A stretch of DNA of 64,000 nt from Flavobacteriales bacterium UBA4474 (GCA_002389295.1 DGOE01000041.1:15080-79079), one strand, 5' to 3'. Shown: positions 37,501-45,451, numbered from the stretch's first letter. A program made the numbers and translations. The notes: a model not told the origin generated them from the letters alone.

Positions 37501-39632
37501 TAGTCCGTAACCGGGGCGCAATCTGCGCCATCCACCATGTCTTGGATCAGGTTTTCCTGCACACTGTTGACCACCCAGAGGTACTCCATGGTCTCACTCG
37601 GAGCGGGATCAAACGTCACCTCCCAAAGGCCGGACGTTCCGTTGACAGTGGCCTCCGGACCACCAGCGGGGTCCCAGCCCCACCAAGGGCCTGTCAGTCT
37701 TACGGACGTCACATCGGCAACACCACTGCAGCTCACGTCCAACGTGGCCAAGAGGGGCTCGGTGGGCGGAGCGGAGCAGGATCCGTCCGTGCTGCACTCG
37801 GCGAAACACGTTGAAATGGTCGTATCCGAGACGATGTTCACCAGTTGGCGGTCGTTGAAGTTGGCCGGATCACCACAGGGAAGCCCGGAGAGGTTTTCCT
37901 TGCAGGAGTAGTCGGTGCAGGCGCCATTGGCAAACGTGTAGAAGCCGGTGTAGCCTGAGTCGAGATCCAACGTAATCGTCCAGATGTCGTCTCCGTCCGT
38001 GTCGGACATGGGGTTCGTACCCGGCGCACCAAAGTCAGCACCACCTGCCAAGAACACGCCTTCGGGCGAGGTGGCCTGGTTGGCCATGTTGACGTTGAGG
38101 GTCACGGAGACCGTTGTAGGATCGACGGGATTACCTCCGCCGCTTTCACAGGTGTCGCATGAGTTGTAGCATACCACGTCGAGGGTAGCATCCGCAGTAA
38201 CAATGATGGAACGGTTGGTGAAACCATCGATCGTGGACGTGCAGGACTCGCCGCCGGCGAATTCCTCCTGTGCCGTCCATCCGTCCAAGGTAAACTTGTA
38301 TTCCAGGGTGTCTGCGGGAACACTTGCAGTCAAGGTGTAGATGTTACCTCCTGCAGAAGCCATAGGAGCGCAAGGACCACACCACCCGTTGAAGCTTCCG
38401 TTGAGGTTGACCGTGCCATAGCTGCCCGTGTAATCGCTCATATCCACTTGGAACGTGACGTTGTATTGGCAAGAGCCATCATCGTAATCGGCCGCACCAT
38501 TGTAGTTGTTCGCTCCGGAATCGAGACATCCTCCTACACCTGCGGTGTTCTGCTCGTCACACGTTCCGCAGAAGTCGAAGCATTGAACAGCGAGTACCGT
38601 ATCTGCTACTCCGAGGTTGAAACCGCGGTTTCCGAAAGCATCACCGGGTATGAAGTCACATGCCGTGCCGCCGATGTTCTGCTCGTCTCCGCCCCAGGCG
38701 TTGATCATGTACTTAAACTCGTACCCTTGGCTGGGGGCGAGTGCCATGTCCACCGTGTAGACATTGTCTCCATCTGAATCGTCCATGGCCGTGCAGGGAC
38801 CGCACCATCCGTCAAAAGATCCCGTGACGTAAATGGTCTCTCCACCGGTCAAACCGGCGTTGGACATGTCCACCTGGAAGGTGACGATCGGCTCGTAGGA
38901 TGGTGTCTCACAGGAACCATCCGTAGTGCACTGGCTGAAGCAAGTGCTGATGGTCGTGTTCTCGGTGATGTTGCTCAAGAGACGATCACTGTAGGGACCA
39001 TCCGCACAGGGCTGACCGTTGATGTTCTCCTTGCAGCTCCAGTCGCCGCAGTTGCCGTTCAAAAAGGTGTAGTTCCCCGTGTAACCAACCGCCACAGGCA
39101 TGGTGATGGTCCAGATGTCGTCACCGTCGGTGTCGCTCATCGGATTGTCTCCGGCTACGCCAAAATCAGCGCCGCCCGCCAGGAATACACCATCTGGCGA
39201 AGTGGTCTCATTGGCCATGTTCACATTGAACGTGACGTCCACCGTAGAGGGACCTGCCGCTTCCACGATGATGGTTCCCACCATGCCCTGGGCCGCGTGT
39301 GAGCCGATGCTGCAGTCGTAAGTGTAGGTTCCGGGGGTGTTCAATGTCACCGTGCCCATGCAGACACCGCCTACCGAGCCGCTGTTGGCCCCGAGGGAGA
39401 AATCCTCCGGGTTGCCAAAAGACGTTCCCGTTTGGGTATCTGTCACGCCGTTCACATTGTGAAATCCGCCTTCATTGAGAAAGGCGATCGATTCACCAGC
39501 GGTGACAGTCAGCGTTGAGGGATTGTAATAATAGTTGCCTGCGAGCACGGTGTGGTCTGCACCGGTGCAGTCTTGAGCCTGAATTGAGCTGTAGCAGAAT
39601 ACAGCGAGGCTGAGCAGCAAAATATTGCGCAT
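34572..39632 (-). CDS. Giant (1686 aa) secreted protein: N-terminal cupredoxin + 12 CBM-like beta-sandwich repeats + 6 Cys modules + dockerin-like tail
   Basis: Start at MRNILLLSLAVFCYSSIQAQ (39632). Repeats have the form VTF.VDM....g.V.v.GsFnGWcg.c..M.DdDgD.vYt.t..l..g..EYKf.vdgW...E. Modules of GCTD...NY.....DDGSC.Y lie between repeats. Ends in CPTDIDGDGATAVGDLLIVLGAFGQACE*. Confidence 0.85.
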   Translation of the reverse strand: MRNILLLSLAVFCYSSIQAQDCTGADHTVLAGNYYYNPSTLTVTAGESIAFLNEGGFHNVNGVTDTQTGTSFGNPEDFSLGANSGSVGGVCMGTVTLNTPGTYTYDCSIGSHAAQGMVGTIIVEAAGPSTVDVTFNVNMANETTSPDGVFLAGGADFGVAGDNPMSDTDGDDIWTITMPVAVGYTGNYTFLNGNCGDWSCKENINGQPCADGPYSDRLLSNITENTTISTCFSQCTTDGSCETPSYEPIVTFQVDMSNAGLTGGETIYVTGSFDGWCGPCTAMDDSDGDNVYTVDMALAPSQGYEFKYMINAWGGDEQNIGGTACDFIPGDAFGNRGFNLGVADTVLAVQCFDFCGTCDEQNTAGVGGCLDSGANNYNGAADYDDGSCQYNVTFQVDMSDYTGSYGTVNLNGSFNGWCGPCAPMASAGGNIYTLTASVPADTLEYKFTLDGWTAQEEFAGGESCTSTIDGFTNRSIIVTADATLDVVCYNSCDTCESGGGNPVDPTTVSVTLNVNMANQATSPEGVFLAGGADFGAPGTNPMSDTDGDDIWTITLDLDSGYTGFYTFANGACTDYSCKENLSGLPCGDPANFNDRQLVNIVSDTTISTCFAECSTDGSCSAPPTEPLLATLDVSCSGVADVTSVRLTGPWWGWDPAGGPEATVNGTSGLWEVTFDPAPSETMEYLWVVNSVQENLIQDMVDGADCAPVTDYANYANRQWMVTDGNIADTYDTCTPCGAGPDSVMVTITVDMSEEEVNPIGVFVAGSFQGWSPGSTLATDNGDGTWSYSFNAAPGTNVQYKWMNGTAWGFEETVPGDCQYPGDTNRGFDVPTSDYSHPVHCYASCNPCGAATYAATLTVLADNITVAGDGMYAAGAFEGWSGTAMSDNGDGSWSITLDLEAGAYEFKFQNGAGGWEELDCGGNRSLTVDGSGPVSYTGCFAQCGEATECAVDPDPANVTFQVDMSEVTDLIADSVYMIGSFTDPVWQAGAILMDDSDGDLVYTATALISGPAGISYKFFNGNPYPNGAGTEEGGETADFAAGGCGVDNGVGGFNRTHDRSGSDETLDVVCFNSCSACGGGVVGAEVTFSVDMNNYGGTFGFVNVSGSWNEFCGDCNQLTDDDLDGIWSGTLIVPEGENQSYKYQVDGWADQEDLAPGGDQVGPCVRTAGGFTNRDLDVSSLDAIDLGVVCWASCLECAAGDAVLGCTDDAASNYDAAATANNGSCLYDVTFSVNMAEYPLADLDSVYVNGTFNGWCGPCNALLDEDGDGVYSATIELAYDYYEYKYTVNGWTAEENLAGIGACVTENFGFTNRVLQVAGDQSEPVVCWNSCSDCEGGGQIFGCTDASATNYSDIATDDNGSCTYPVTFQVDMDGYSGTYGMVNLNGSFAGWCGACITMTDDDSDNVYEVTVDLAIGTVEYKFTVDGWSDQENFDPSAVCTSTIDGFTNRTFDVAGASTLDVVCWNSCYACDAATGCTDADAQNYDADAVADDGSCAYVVTIRLDMSTQAVSAEGVHVAGAFQGWDPGSTPMTTPGLGLYEYTVQLANGSYQYIFINGNVWDGQETVPADCGADNGQGGFNRLVTVAGSDMTLDVVCFNSCEACAGCTDPLSAEFSPFAGSDDGSCATPLVFGCTYADADNYNPASSSDDGSCIFTGASDCPTDIDGDGATAVGDLLIVLGAFGQACE
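34575..34658 (-). other. Cys-bracketed dockerin-like C-terminal tail
   Basis: CPTDIDGDGATAVGDLLIVLGAFGQACE* lies directly at the stop codon. Confidence 0.7.
39261..39563 (-). other. Plastocyanin/azurin-like type-1 copper (cupredoxin) domain
   Basis: NPSTLTVTAGESIAFLNEGGFHNV....PGTYTYDCSIGSHAAQGMVGTIIV. Candidate ligand set is His (FHN), Cys (YDC), His (GSH) and Met (QGM), with the canonical C-x(n)-H-x(n)-M spacing. Confidence 0.7.
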
Positions 39633-39817
39633 TGGGTTTGGGTTACAGTTTGGTTCTTTCCAAGAACGAGCAATATAGTCCGAGAAGGTGTACTTCATAC
39701 ACCAAGTGCATATTCTTGGGAATAACTTGGGTATTATCAGGAAGCAATGGCCATTTAATGGTTGTGTACCATCCGTCAATACAGCGGCACAGTCTTTTTC
39801 GAAATGGACCTCGACGT

Positions 39818-41191
39818 TTACAAATTTGCCTCCACCAAACCGTCTGAACGCAAGTCTGAACGCCGAATGAAGAGGTTGAGTAGGCCGGCAATGATCAAAC
39901 TTATACCTGCCAGCACCATGGTCTGAATCACGTCTTCTCCCAAAAATGTTTTGTACGCCCAGTTGATTCCGCCCAGGGCAGCTGCAATCTGTGGGATGAC
40001 AATAAACATGTTAAACACGCCCATGCCCACGCCCATTCGATCGGCGGGAATGGCCCCGGAGAGCATGGCATAAGGCATACTCAATATGCTGCCCCAAGCG
40101 ATGCCGATCAACGCGAAACTCCACTTCAGGTTGCCAGCGGTTTCAGGTGTCCAGAGTACCATGGTCAGAAAGCCCACCCCGCCGAGCGTCAGGCTCGCCA
40201 AGTGTATCAACCTCTGGTCTATGCCTCGGCGGCTCGTCCATACTGAGAGAAGCAGCGCAAAAACCATGCTGCTCAGGCCATACACCCCCATGGCGCTCGA
40301 AACGGCGTTGGCCGCCTCGTTGTACGCGGCACTCAACACATTGAAGTCCTCCACACCATCCTGGGGCAAGGCAGCCGCAAAAACATGCTCAGTGAGCGCA
40401 GGGGTAGCAAAAGACCACATGGTGAAAAAGGCGAACCAACTGAAAAACTGGACCGCACCCAACTTGACCATGACACTCGGCATCCGCGCTATGAATGCGG
40501 AAATTTCCAAAGCGCCTGCGAACAGTCCGCGCTTTTCTGCCCGCTCAAGTTCAAATGCAGCCATGTCAGCCGGAGGTTCTTCTGTCGTCTTGAATACGGT
40601 GTAGAGAATGCTCGTCATGAATACGAAAGCACCTACCGCAAAGGAGACGTAAACGCTTTGGGGAATCTCACCCGCTCCGGCTTCATTTGATACGCCCATC
40701 GCGGTGACGAACCAAGGAAGGTTGGAGGCCACCCACGTTCCAATCCCAATGATCAAGGTCTGCAACACAAAGCCGTAGCTCCGCTGCTCCTCAGGCAGTT
40801 TGTCGGCCACCAATGCCCGGAACGGTTCCATGCTAATGTTGATGCTCGCATCCAAAATCCAGAGAAAGCCTGCCGCCATCCACAACGCAGAACTATATGG
40901 CATGAAGAACAAGGCCAGCGAACTGAATACCGCGCCGAGCAGGAAGTATGGCCGCCGTCTGCCCCACCGCGGATGCCAGGTCCTGTCGCTGAGATAGCCG
41001 ATTATGGGCTGCACCAACAGCCCTGTCAATGGTGCTGCAATCCACAGCATCGGGATCTCGTCCTTGGATGCTCCGAGCGTTTGAAAAATCCGAGACATGT
41101 TGCCCCCTTGGAGGGCAAAGCCGAATTGGATGCCGAGAAACCCGAAACTCATGTTCCAGATTTCCCAAAAGGAAAGCCGTTTGGTGTTCAT
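39818..41191 (-). CDS. SLC45/GPH-type MFS sugar:H+ symporter (sucrose/maltose-transporter-like)
   Basis: 12 TM helices. N-terminus SFWEIWNMSFGFLGIQFGFALQ. Signature LSDRTWHPRWGRRRPYFLLGA after TM2. Confidence 0.8.
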   Translation of the reverse strand: MNTKRLSFWEIWNMSFGFLGIQFGFALQGGNMSRIFQTLGASKDEIPMLWIAAPLTGLLVQPIIGYLSDRTWHPRWGRRRPYFLLGAVFSSLALFFMPYSSALWMAAGFLWILDASINISMEPFRALVADKLPEEQRSYGFVLQTLIIGIGTWVASNLPWFVTAMGVSNEAGAGEIPQSVYVSFAVGAFVFMTSILYTVFKTTEEPPADMAAFELERAEKRGLFAGALEISAFIARMPSVMVKLGAVQFFSWFAFFTMWSFATPALTEHVFAAALPQDGVEDFNVLSAAYNEAANAVSSAMGVYGLSSMVFALLLSVWTSRRGIDQRLIHLASLTLGGVGFLTMVLWTPETAGNLKWSFALIGIAWGSILSMPYAMLSGAIPADRMGVGMGVFNMFIVIPQIAAALGGINWAYKTFLGEDVIQTMVLAGISLIIAGLLNLFIRRSDLRSDGLVEANL

Positions 41192-41264
41192 TGCCTCAAA
41201 TTGAAATGCCCCCGACCAATGGCCGGAGGCATCAAAAGTAATTCAGGTCTGTGCCGGCCTGCAA

Positions 41265-43568
41265 TCAGGGGCAGGTGCTGTCGAAACTCGAAAGGAAGTC
41301 CACGAGGTCGGCAGCGCCGATCAGGCCATCACCAGTGGTATCAAACGGACATGACGAGCCTGTGGTGAACGTGCACGTGCCGTCGTCAATGGTCATGGTG
41401 TCGTCATAATTGTCCGCGTCTGCATATGTGCAACCCGCGCAGCTTTCGTAATCGCAATCACCTGAGTCTGTATTGGCGCTGGCGTCATAATTACAAGCAT
41501 AGGCGTCCAAACAACCATTGATTGGCGCGCTTTCTCCATCGGTAATGACCGCGTCGTCAGAGTCCGCCTCTCCTCCACCTCCACTTTCCGAGGAAATGCT
41601 GGAATCGTCCGTGAAGTCTTGTCCGGTGATGCTCCGCTCAGCAGAAGCATTCTCTGCAGTGTAGGTCAAACCCGCTTGGAAGAAGAAACTCTCCCCCAAA
41701 GGCATGGTGACCCGTGCAATGCGAACCGCATTGGCACAACCCGGACGGTTCAATAATTCCTCGCACCTGTTGGTTGGCTCACCCCCCGTTTCTCCGACGA
41801 TCTCCCACCCCAGCGTATCTCCGTCAGCCGCCAGCAATTCGCTGTCAAACTCAGTGGCAGAGGAAACGGCTGCCGTGTCAAAGCCGATGGCTTGAAGTGC
41901 CGGCCCCGAACCAATGGTGCCCCCAATGGTAAACCACGAATCAGCCAAGCAGTCTCCATTGAAGTATTCCGCGCCGTCCACCTCTACAGAGGCATCCATA
42001 TAATGCGGCATCCAGACGTCGCAGCTCGCGGACTGGTAAACAGCGCTAAACGGCTCGATGCGCAAGCGGGTTTCTCCATTTTTGACACCGAGTACCCGCT
42101 TCAAACGGATGGCGTCGGGTGGCAACAATGCATAGACCTCATTGGTATAGGTGCCAGCAGGAGCCCCAGCACCGTTGTAATTCGTACTGATGGGGGCTAT
42201 GGCCAGGATACCCGCGAAGACACAATCGGAATCATCCGAGATGATGGCGCTGGCGTTATAGTTGGTGGCCTCCGGATTGGTGCACCCCGCGCAGGACAGG
42301 TATTCACATATGGCCTCGGTCTGAATCTGTGCTTCGGGGTCGTAGTTACACGCTGCGGGATTAGAGCATCCTCGGCACGACAAAAACTCACAGTTGTCTT
42401 CAGTTGTCGGCACTTCAGGATCAAAGTTGCACGCCAATGGATTGCCACAGCCTTCCTCAGCCGAGCCCACGTCCTCGATACAGTTCCCATCCTCATCTGG
42501 GATGGTCAAATTCGGGTTGGTGTCATCGCAATCAATGGGCTGATAAGCATAAGCTTCCCCAAATTCAGAACAGTTGATATTGAAAGGAGACCCAATCAAA
42601 TCCGTCGTGTCTGCACTGCGGTAATTGTCGTTGTCAACGTCCCTAAAGCAAGTCTCGGCCCCATCGCAGTTTCCATCGATGCCGTCACCGACCAAATCCA
42701 TCGGATTGCCCGGATATGCCAGCGCCGTGCCGTCGTTGCAATCCCCGCCTTGTGTGGCGTATCCCGGTCCTCCTCCGCAGAGTTCTACAGGGGTCGTACC
42801 GTAACCATCTCCATCATTGTCCACATAAAACGTTGATGGATAAACACATTCGCACGGAGCTCCAATCATGAATGTCTCAATGTCCCACTGATCATCTCCA
42901 AATTGACCTTCCGGAAAGACCTGGATGTTGATGTTGCCAGAAAGCACGCCATCTGTAGTGAATTGTCCGAGCAGCACCCTGCCCGTCGTGTCCGGATAGC
43001 CGTTGGCATCGCCATTGAGCACATACCACGCTCCGCCTACAGCATCATCCATGGCCACGTTGCCCCCACCGTTGAATGAAACATCCCAAGCCTGAGCAGG
43101 AGAGGTGACGTATGAAACCGCGGCTTCTCCCTCGGCCGTGTTGGGAACAGCTTCGATACCGATCGAAACCCAGCTGTCATATGCAAGTGAAGGAAATGTG
43201 GAGTACAGCGTCGGGAAGATGCCATTGGGCGTGGTTCCGCCCAATGCATCCTGATAAAAACTGGTGGTCGTCTCGATGGCCAATGGGTATTCGGCATCAC
43301 CGAAAACGGCCGAAACGAAATCCATGGGGTGAGCCGAAACGAAATACAGCCTGTAGGTGGTCATCCCCGATAAAGGCCCTTCACCGTGCACATAGACCGT
43401 ATCCAATTCCAAACAGTATGGCCCCGCAGTTGGATTGTAGTTGCAAGCGGATTCATCCAGACAAGCCTGTCCAAAGACTTGACTTGCGCAAAAGCACAGC
43501 ACTAATGCCAAAAAACGATCGAAGCGGATACGGAATGGGTTCATTGTGTGATAGTTGGGATGACTCAA
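41265..43568 (-). CDS. Secreted 767-aa protein: YRLY...DSWVSIG...GRVLLGQFTT domain(s), 6 Cys modules, dockerin-like tail
   Basis: Signal peptide ...LVLCFCASQVFGQ. No catalytic motif recognised. Ca-binding-like D-rich stretch (DNDGDGYG, DGIDGNCDG, DVDNDNY). Ends in CPFDTTGDGLIGAADLVDFLSSFDSTCP*. Confidence 0.8.
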   Translation of the reverse strand: MSHPNYHTMNPFRIRFDRFLALVLCFCASQVFGQACLDESACNYNPTAGPYCLELDTVYVHGEGPLSGMTTYRLYFVSAHPMDFVSAVFGDAEYPLAIETTTSFYQDALGGTTPNGIFPTLYSTFPSLAYDSWVSIGIEAVPNTAEGEAAVSYVTSPAQAWDVSFNGGGNVAMDDAVGGAWYVLNGDANGYPDTTGRVLLGQFTTDGVLSGNINIQVFPEGQFGDDQWDIETFMIGAPCECVYPSTFYVDNDGDGYGTTPVELCGGGPGYATQGGDCNDGTALAYPGNPMDLVGDGIDGNCDGAETCFRDVDNDNYRSADTTDLIGSPFNINCSEFGEAYAYQPIDCDDTNPNLTIPDEDGNCIEDVGSAEEGCGNPLACNFDPEVPTTEDNCEFLSCRGCSNPAACNYDPEAQIQTEAICEYLSCAGCTNPEATNYNASAIISDDSDCVFAGILAIAPISTNYNGAGAPAGTYTNEVYALLPPDAIRLKRVLGVKNGETRLRIEPFSAVYQSASCDVWMPHYMDASVEVDGAEYFNGDCLADSWFTIGGTIGSGPALQAIGFDTAAVSSATEFDSELLAADGDTLGWEIVGETGGEPTNRCEELLNRPGCANAVRIARVTMPLGESFFFQAGLTYTAENASAERSITGQDFTDDSSISSESGGGGEADSDDAVITDGESAPINGCLDAYACNYDASANTDSGDCDYESCAGCTYADADNYDDTMTIDDGTCTFTTGSSCPFDTTGDGLIGAADLVDFLSSFDSTCP
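41268..41351 (-). other. Cys-bracketed dockerin-like C-terminal tail
   Basis: CPFDTTGDGLIGAADLVDFLSSFDSTCP* lies directly at the stop codon, preceded by GCTYADADNYDDTMTIDDGTCTF. Confidence 0.7.
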
Positions 43569-43708
43569 TATAGCGAGTCCATCAAATAATCAGCGCTGAT
43601 ATTCGTCATTATCCCCATCCGCACCCACGAATAGAATGTAATGCAGACCCTGCCTACATGGATTCCGGAAACCAATACAGTTGGACATTAGCGCTTAACT
43701 GGCCTTGT

Positions 43709-45451
43709 TTATTCTCCACATGGTTGTCCATATAAAGAAAGGAATACCAAAAGGTCAGCGGATCCGATCAGACCGTTGTCATCGGTATCAAACGAACAGC
43801 TTCCGCCTCCATCGCAATCAAATTCGCAGGACCCATCATCCAAATCAGCATCGGCATCATAGTTCGTGGCATCCCCATAGGTACATCCTTGCGTTCCTAC
43901 AATCAGGAATTCGCACGTCCCATTGTCTTCCGTCGCATTGGCGTTGTAATTCTGCGCATCTGCATCGGTACAACCTGAAATCTGGCATGAACCATCGTCA
44001 TCTGTGGCGGCGGGATTGTAATTGTCTGCGGTGGGGTCCGTGCAACCAGGCACTTCATTTTCATCGCAAATGCCATCTTCATCAGCATCGTTGAGACAAT
44101 TGCCGTCGCAATCCACAATATTGTTCGGGTAGTCTACAGGGTACTCACAGAGCGTATCATCAATGATTACGGCCTGTGGGTTGTAGTTGCAGGCTTCGGC
44201 ATCCGAGCAGCCTGCGCAGCTCAAGAAATCACAAGACCCATCATCAAAGTCAGCGGCGGGATCGTAGTTGCAGGCACCGGCATCCGTGCAGCCCGGTGTC
44301 ACAACAGGGAAAGTCAATGTTGTCCCCGTCACTTGAATGTTTGTCCCAGCAGAATTGCGGTATTGGATGTTGAGCAAAATGTCCACGATGCCATCTGTGG
44401 TGAATTGTCCGAGCAAAACCCGACCATCATCATCTGGGAAGGCCGCAGGCTCCAAATTGGGCAAGATGTACCATGTGCCCCCCACAGGGTCGTTCACTTC
44501 GATATTGCCTCCCGCCTCGAAGGCCAAAAAGTCAATGCCGATGAAATCAACAGACCCCGTATTGTCATCGGAACCGATGGTCACCCATGAATCGTATGCC
44601 AAATTGGGGAAGGAGGGAAACAGGATGGGATTGATGGTGTTTGATAACGAACCACCCAATACATCTTGGTAGAACGAACCTGTTGTCGTGATGCTGAGCG
44701 CAGTATCCTGCAAGCCGTACACGGCCACAACTTGAGCGCCGGGGTCCGCCAAATTCGCGTAGACCCGATAAGTATCGAAGCCTGCCGCTGTGGTGTTTTC
44801 TGCTACGAGCTCATAAGAGAGGCCTTCAAAGTCGGTCTGCTCATAGCCCACGGAAATACCGGTCTCGTTGAAGACGTTGAGGTTTTCATCGCGCCACTGA
44901 ATGTTGCACAGCATGTTCCACCCTCCCGTTGTGGTCAACTGGGCGAGCAGCACGCGGCCGTCTGCATCAGGTTGCGCTTGGACTTGGTTTGGCGTCACAA
45001 AGACACTGCCGCCTACACCATCATTGACGAAGAAATCGCCCCCGTTCTCAAATGCGAGAGAAGCCGAAGACCAGGCAGCGCCGCCAACGGCACCAATGTT
45101 GCTCGGCAGGCTGCTGTCCTCCTGCCCCAGCGTGATCCAAGAATCATAGATCAGATTTGGAAAAGAAGCGTAGAGCAGCGGATTGATGGATTCAGGGGTG
45201 TAGTTCCCAAATGCGTCCTGGTAAAAACCGGCCGTCGAGGTGATGGACAAGGCAGAAGGCGCTTCTGCATACAAAGCCTGGGCGATGTCCGTCGGGTTGT
45301 CAAAATTGGCGTAGACCCTGTAGGTGGTGCCCACAGACGACGTGGCCACTGTTTCGTAGGTCAATCCTGTGAATTCAGCTTTAGAGGTGAAACCCAACAG
45401 GAGCAAGGACGCCGCAATGCATAAACGGCGTAGAGGAAAGTACTTTGGCAT
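43709..45451 (-). CDS. Secreted 580-aa protein: two YRVYA...DSW[IV]T[LI]G...GRVLL.Q.TT domains, 5 Cys modules, dockerin-like tail
   Basis: Start at MPKYFPLRRLCIAASLLLLGFTSKA (45451). Two about 160-aa internal repeats. GCTDAGACNYDPAADFDDGSCDF and related modules. Ends in CSFDTDDNGLIGSADLLVFLSLYGQPCGE*. Confidence 0.8.
   Translation of the reverse strand: MPKYFPLRRLCIAASLLLLGFTSKAEFTGLTYETVATSSVGTTYRVYANFDNPTDIAQALYAEAPSALSITSTAGFYQDAFGNYTPESINPLLYASFPNLIYDSWITLGQEDSSLPSNIGAVGGAAWSSASLAFENGGDFFVNDGVGGSVFVTPNQVQAQPDADGRVLLAQLTTTGGWNMLCNIQWRDENLNVFNETGISVGYEQTDFEGLSYELVAENTTAAGFDTYRVYANLADPGAQVVAVYGLQDTALSITTTGSFYQDVLGGSLSNTINPILFPSFPNLAYDSWVTIGSDDNTGSVDFIGIDFLAFEAGGNIEVNDPVGGTWYILPNLEPAAFPDDDGRVLLGQFTTDGIVDILLNIQYRNSAGTNIQVTGTTLTFPVVTPGCTDAGACNYDPAADFDDGSCDFLSCAGCSDAEACNYNPQAVIIDDTLCEYPVDYPNNIVDCDGNCLNDADEDGICDENEVPGCTDPTADNYNPAATDDDGSCQISGCTDADAQNYNANATEDNGTCEFLIVGTQGCTYGDATNYDADADLDDGSCEFDCDGGGSCSFDTDDNGLIGSADLLVFLSLYGQPCGE
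43712..43798 (-). other. Cys-bracketed dockerin-like C-terminal tail
   Basis: CSFDTDDNGLIGSADLLVFLSLYGQPCGE* lies directly at the stop codon, preceded by GCTYGDATNYDADADLDDGSCEF. Confidence 0.7.

Noticed and set aside
43589-43600. Palindrome ATCAGCGCTGAT 21 nt upstream of the 767-aa gene start, and a CTATATTG string shared by the upstream regions of 41265..43568 and 34572..39632
   Set aside because: Both are short enough to occur by chance. They do not match the Bacteroidota -7 TAnnTTTG consensus exactly, and nothing comparable lies upstream of 43709..45451. That is insufficient to call a promoter or operator.
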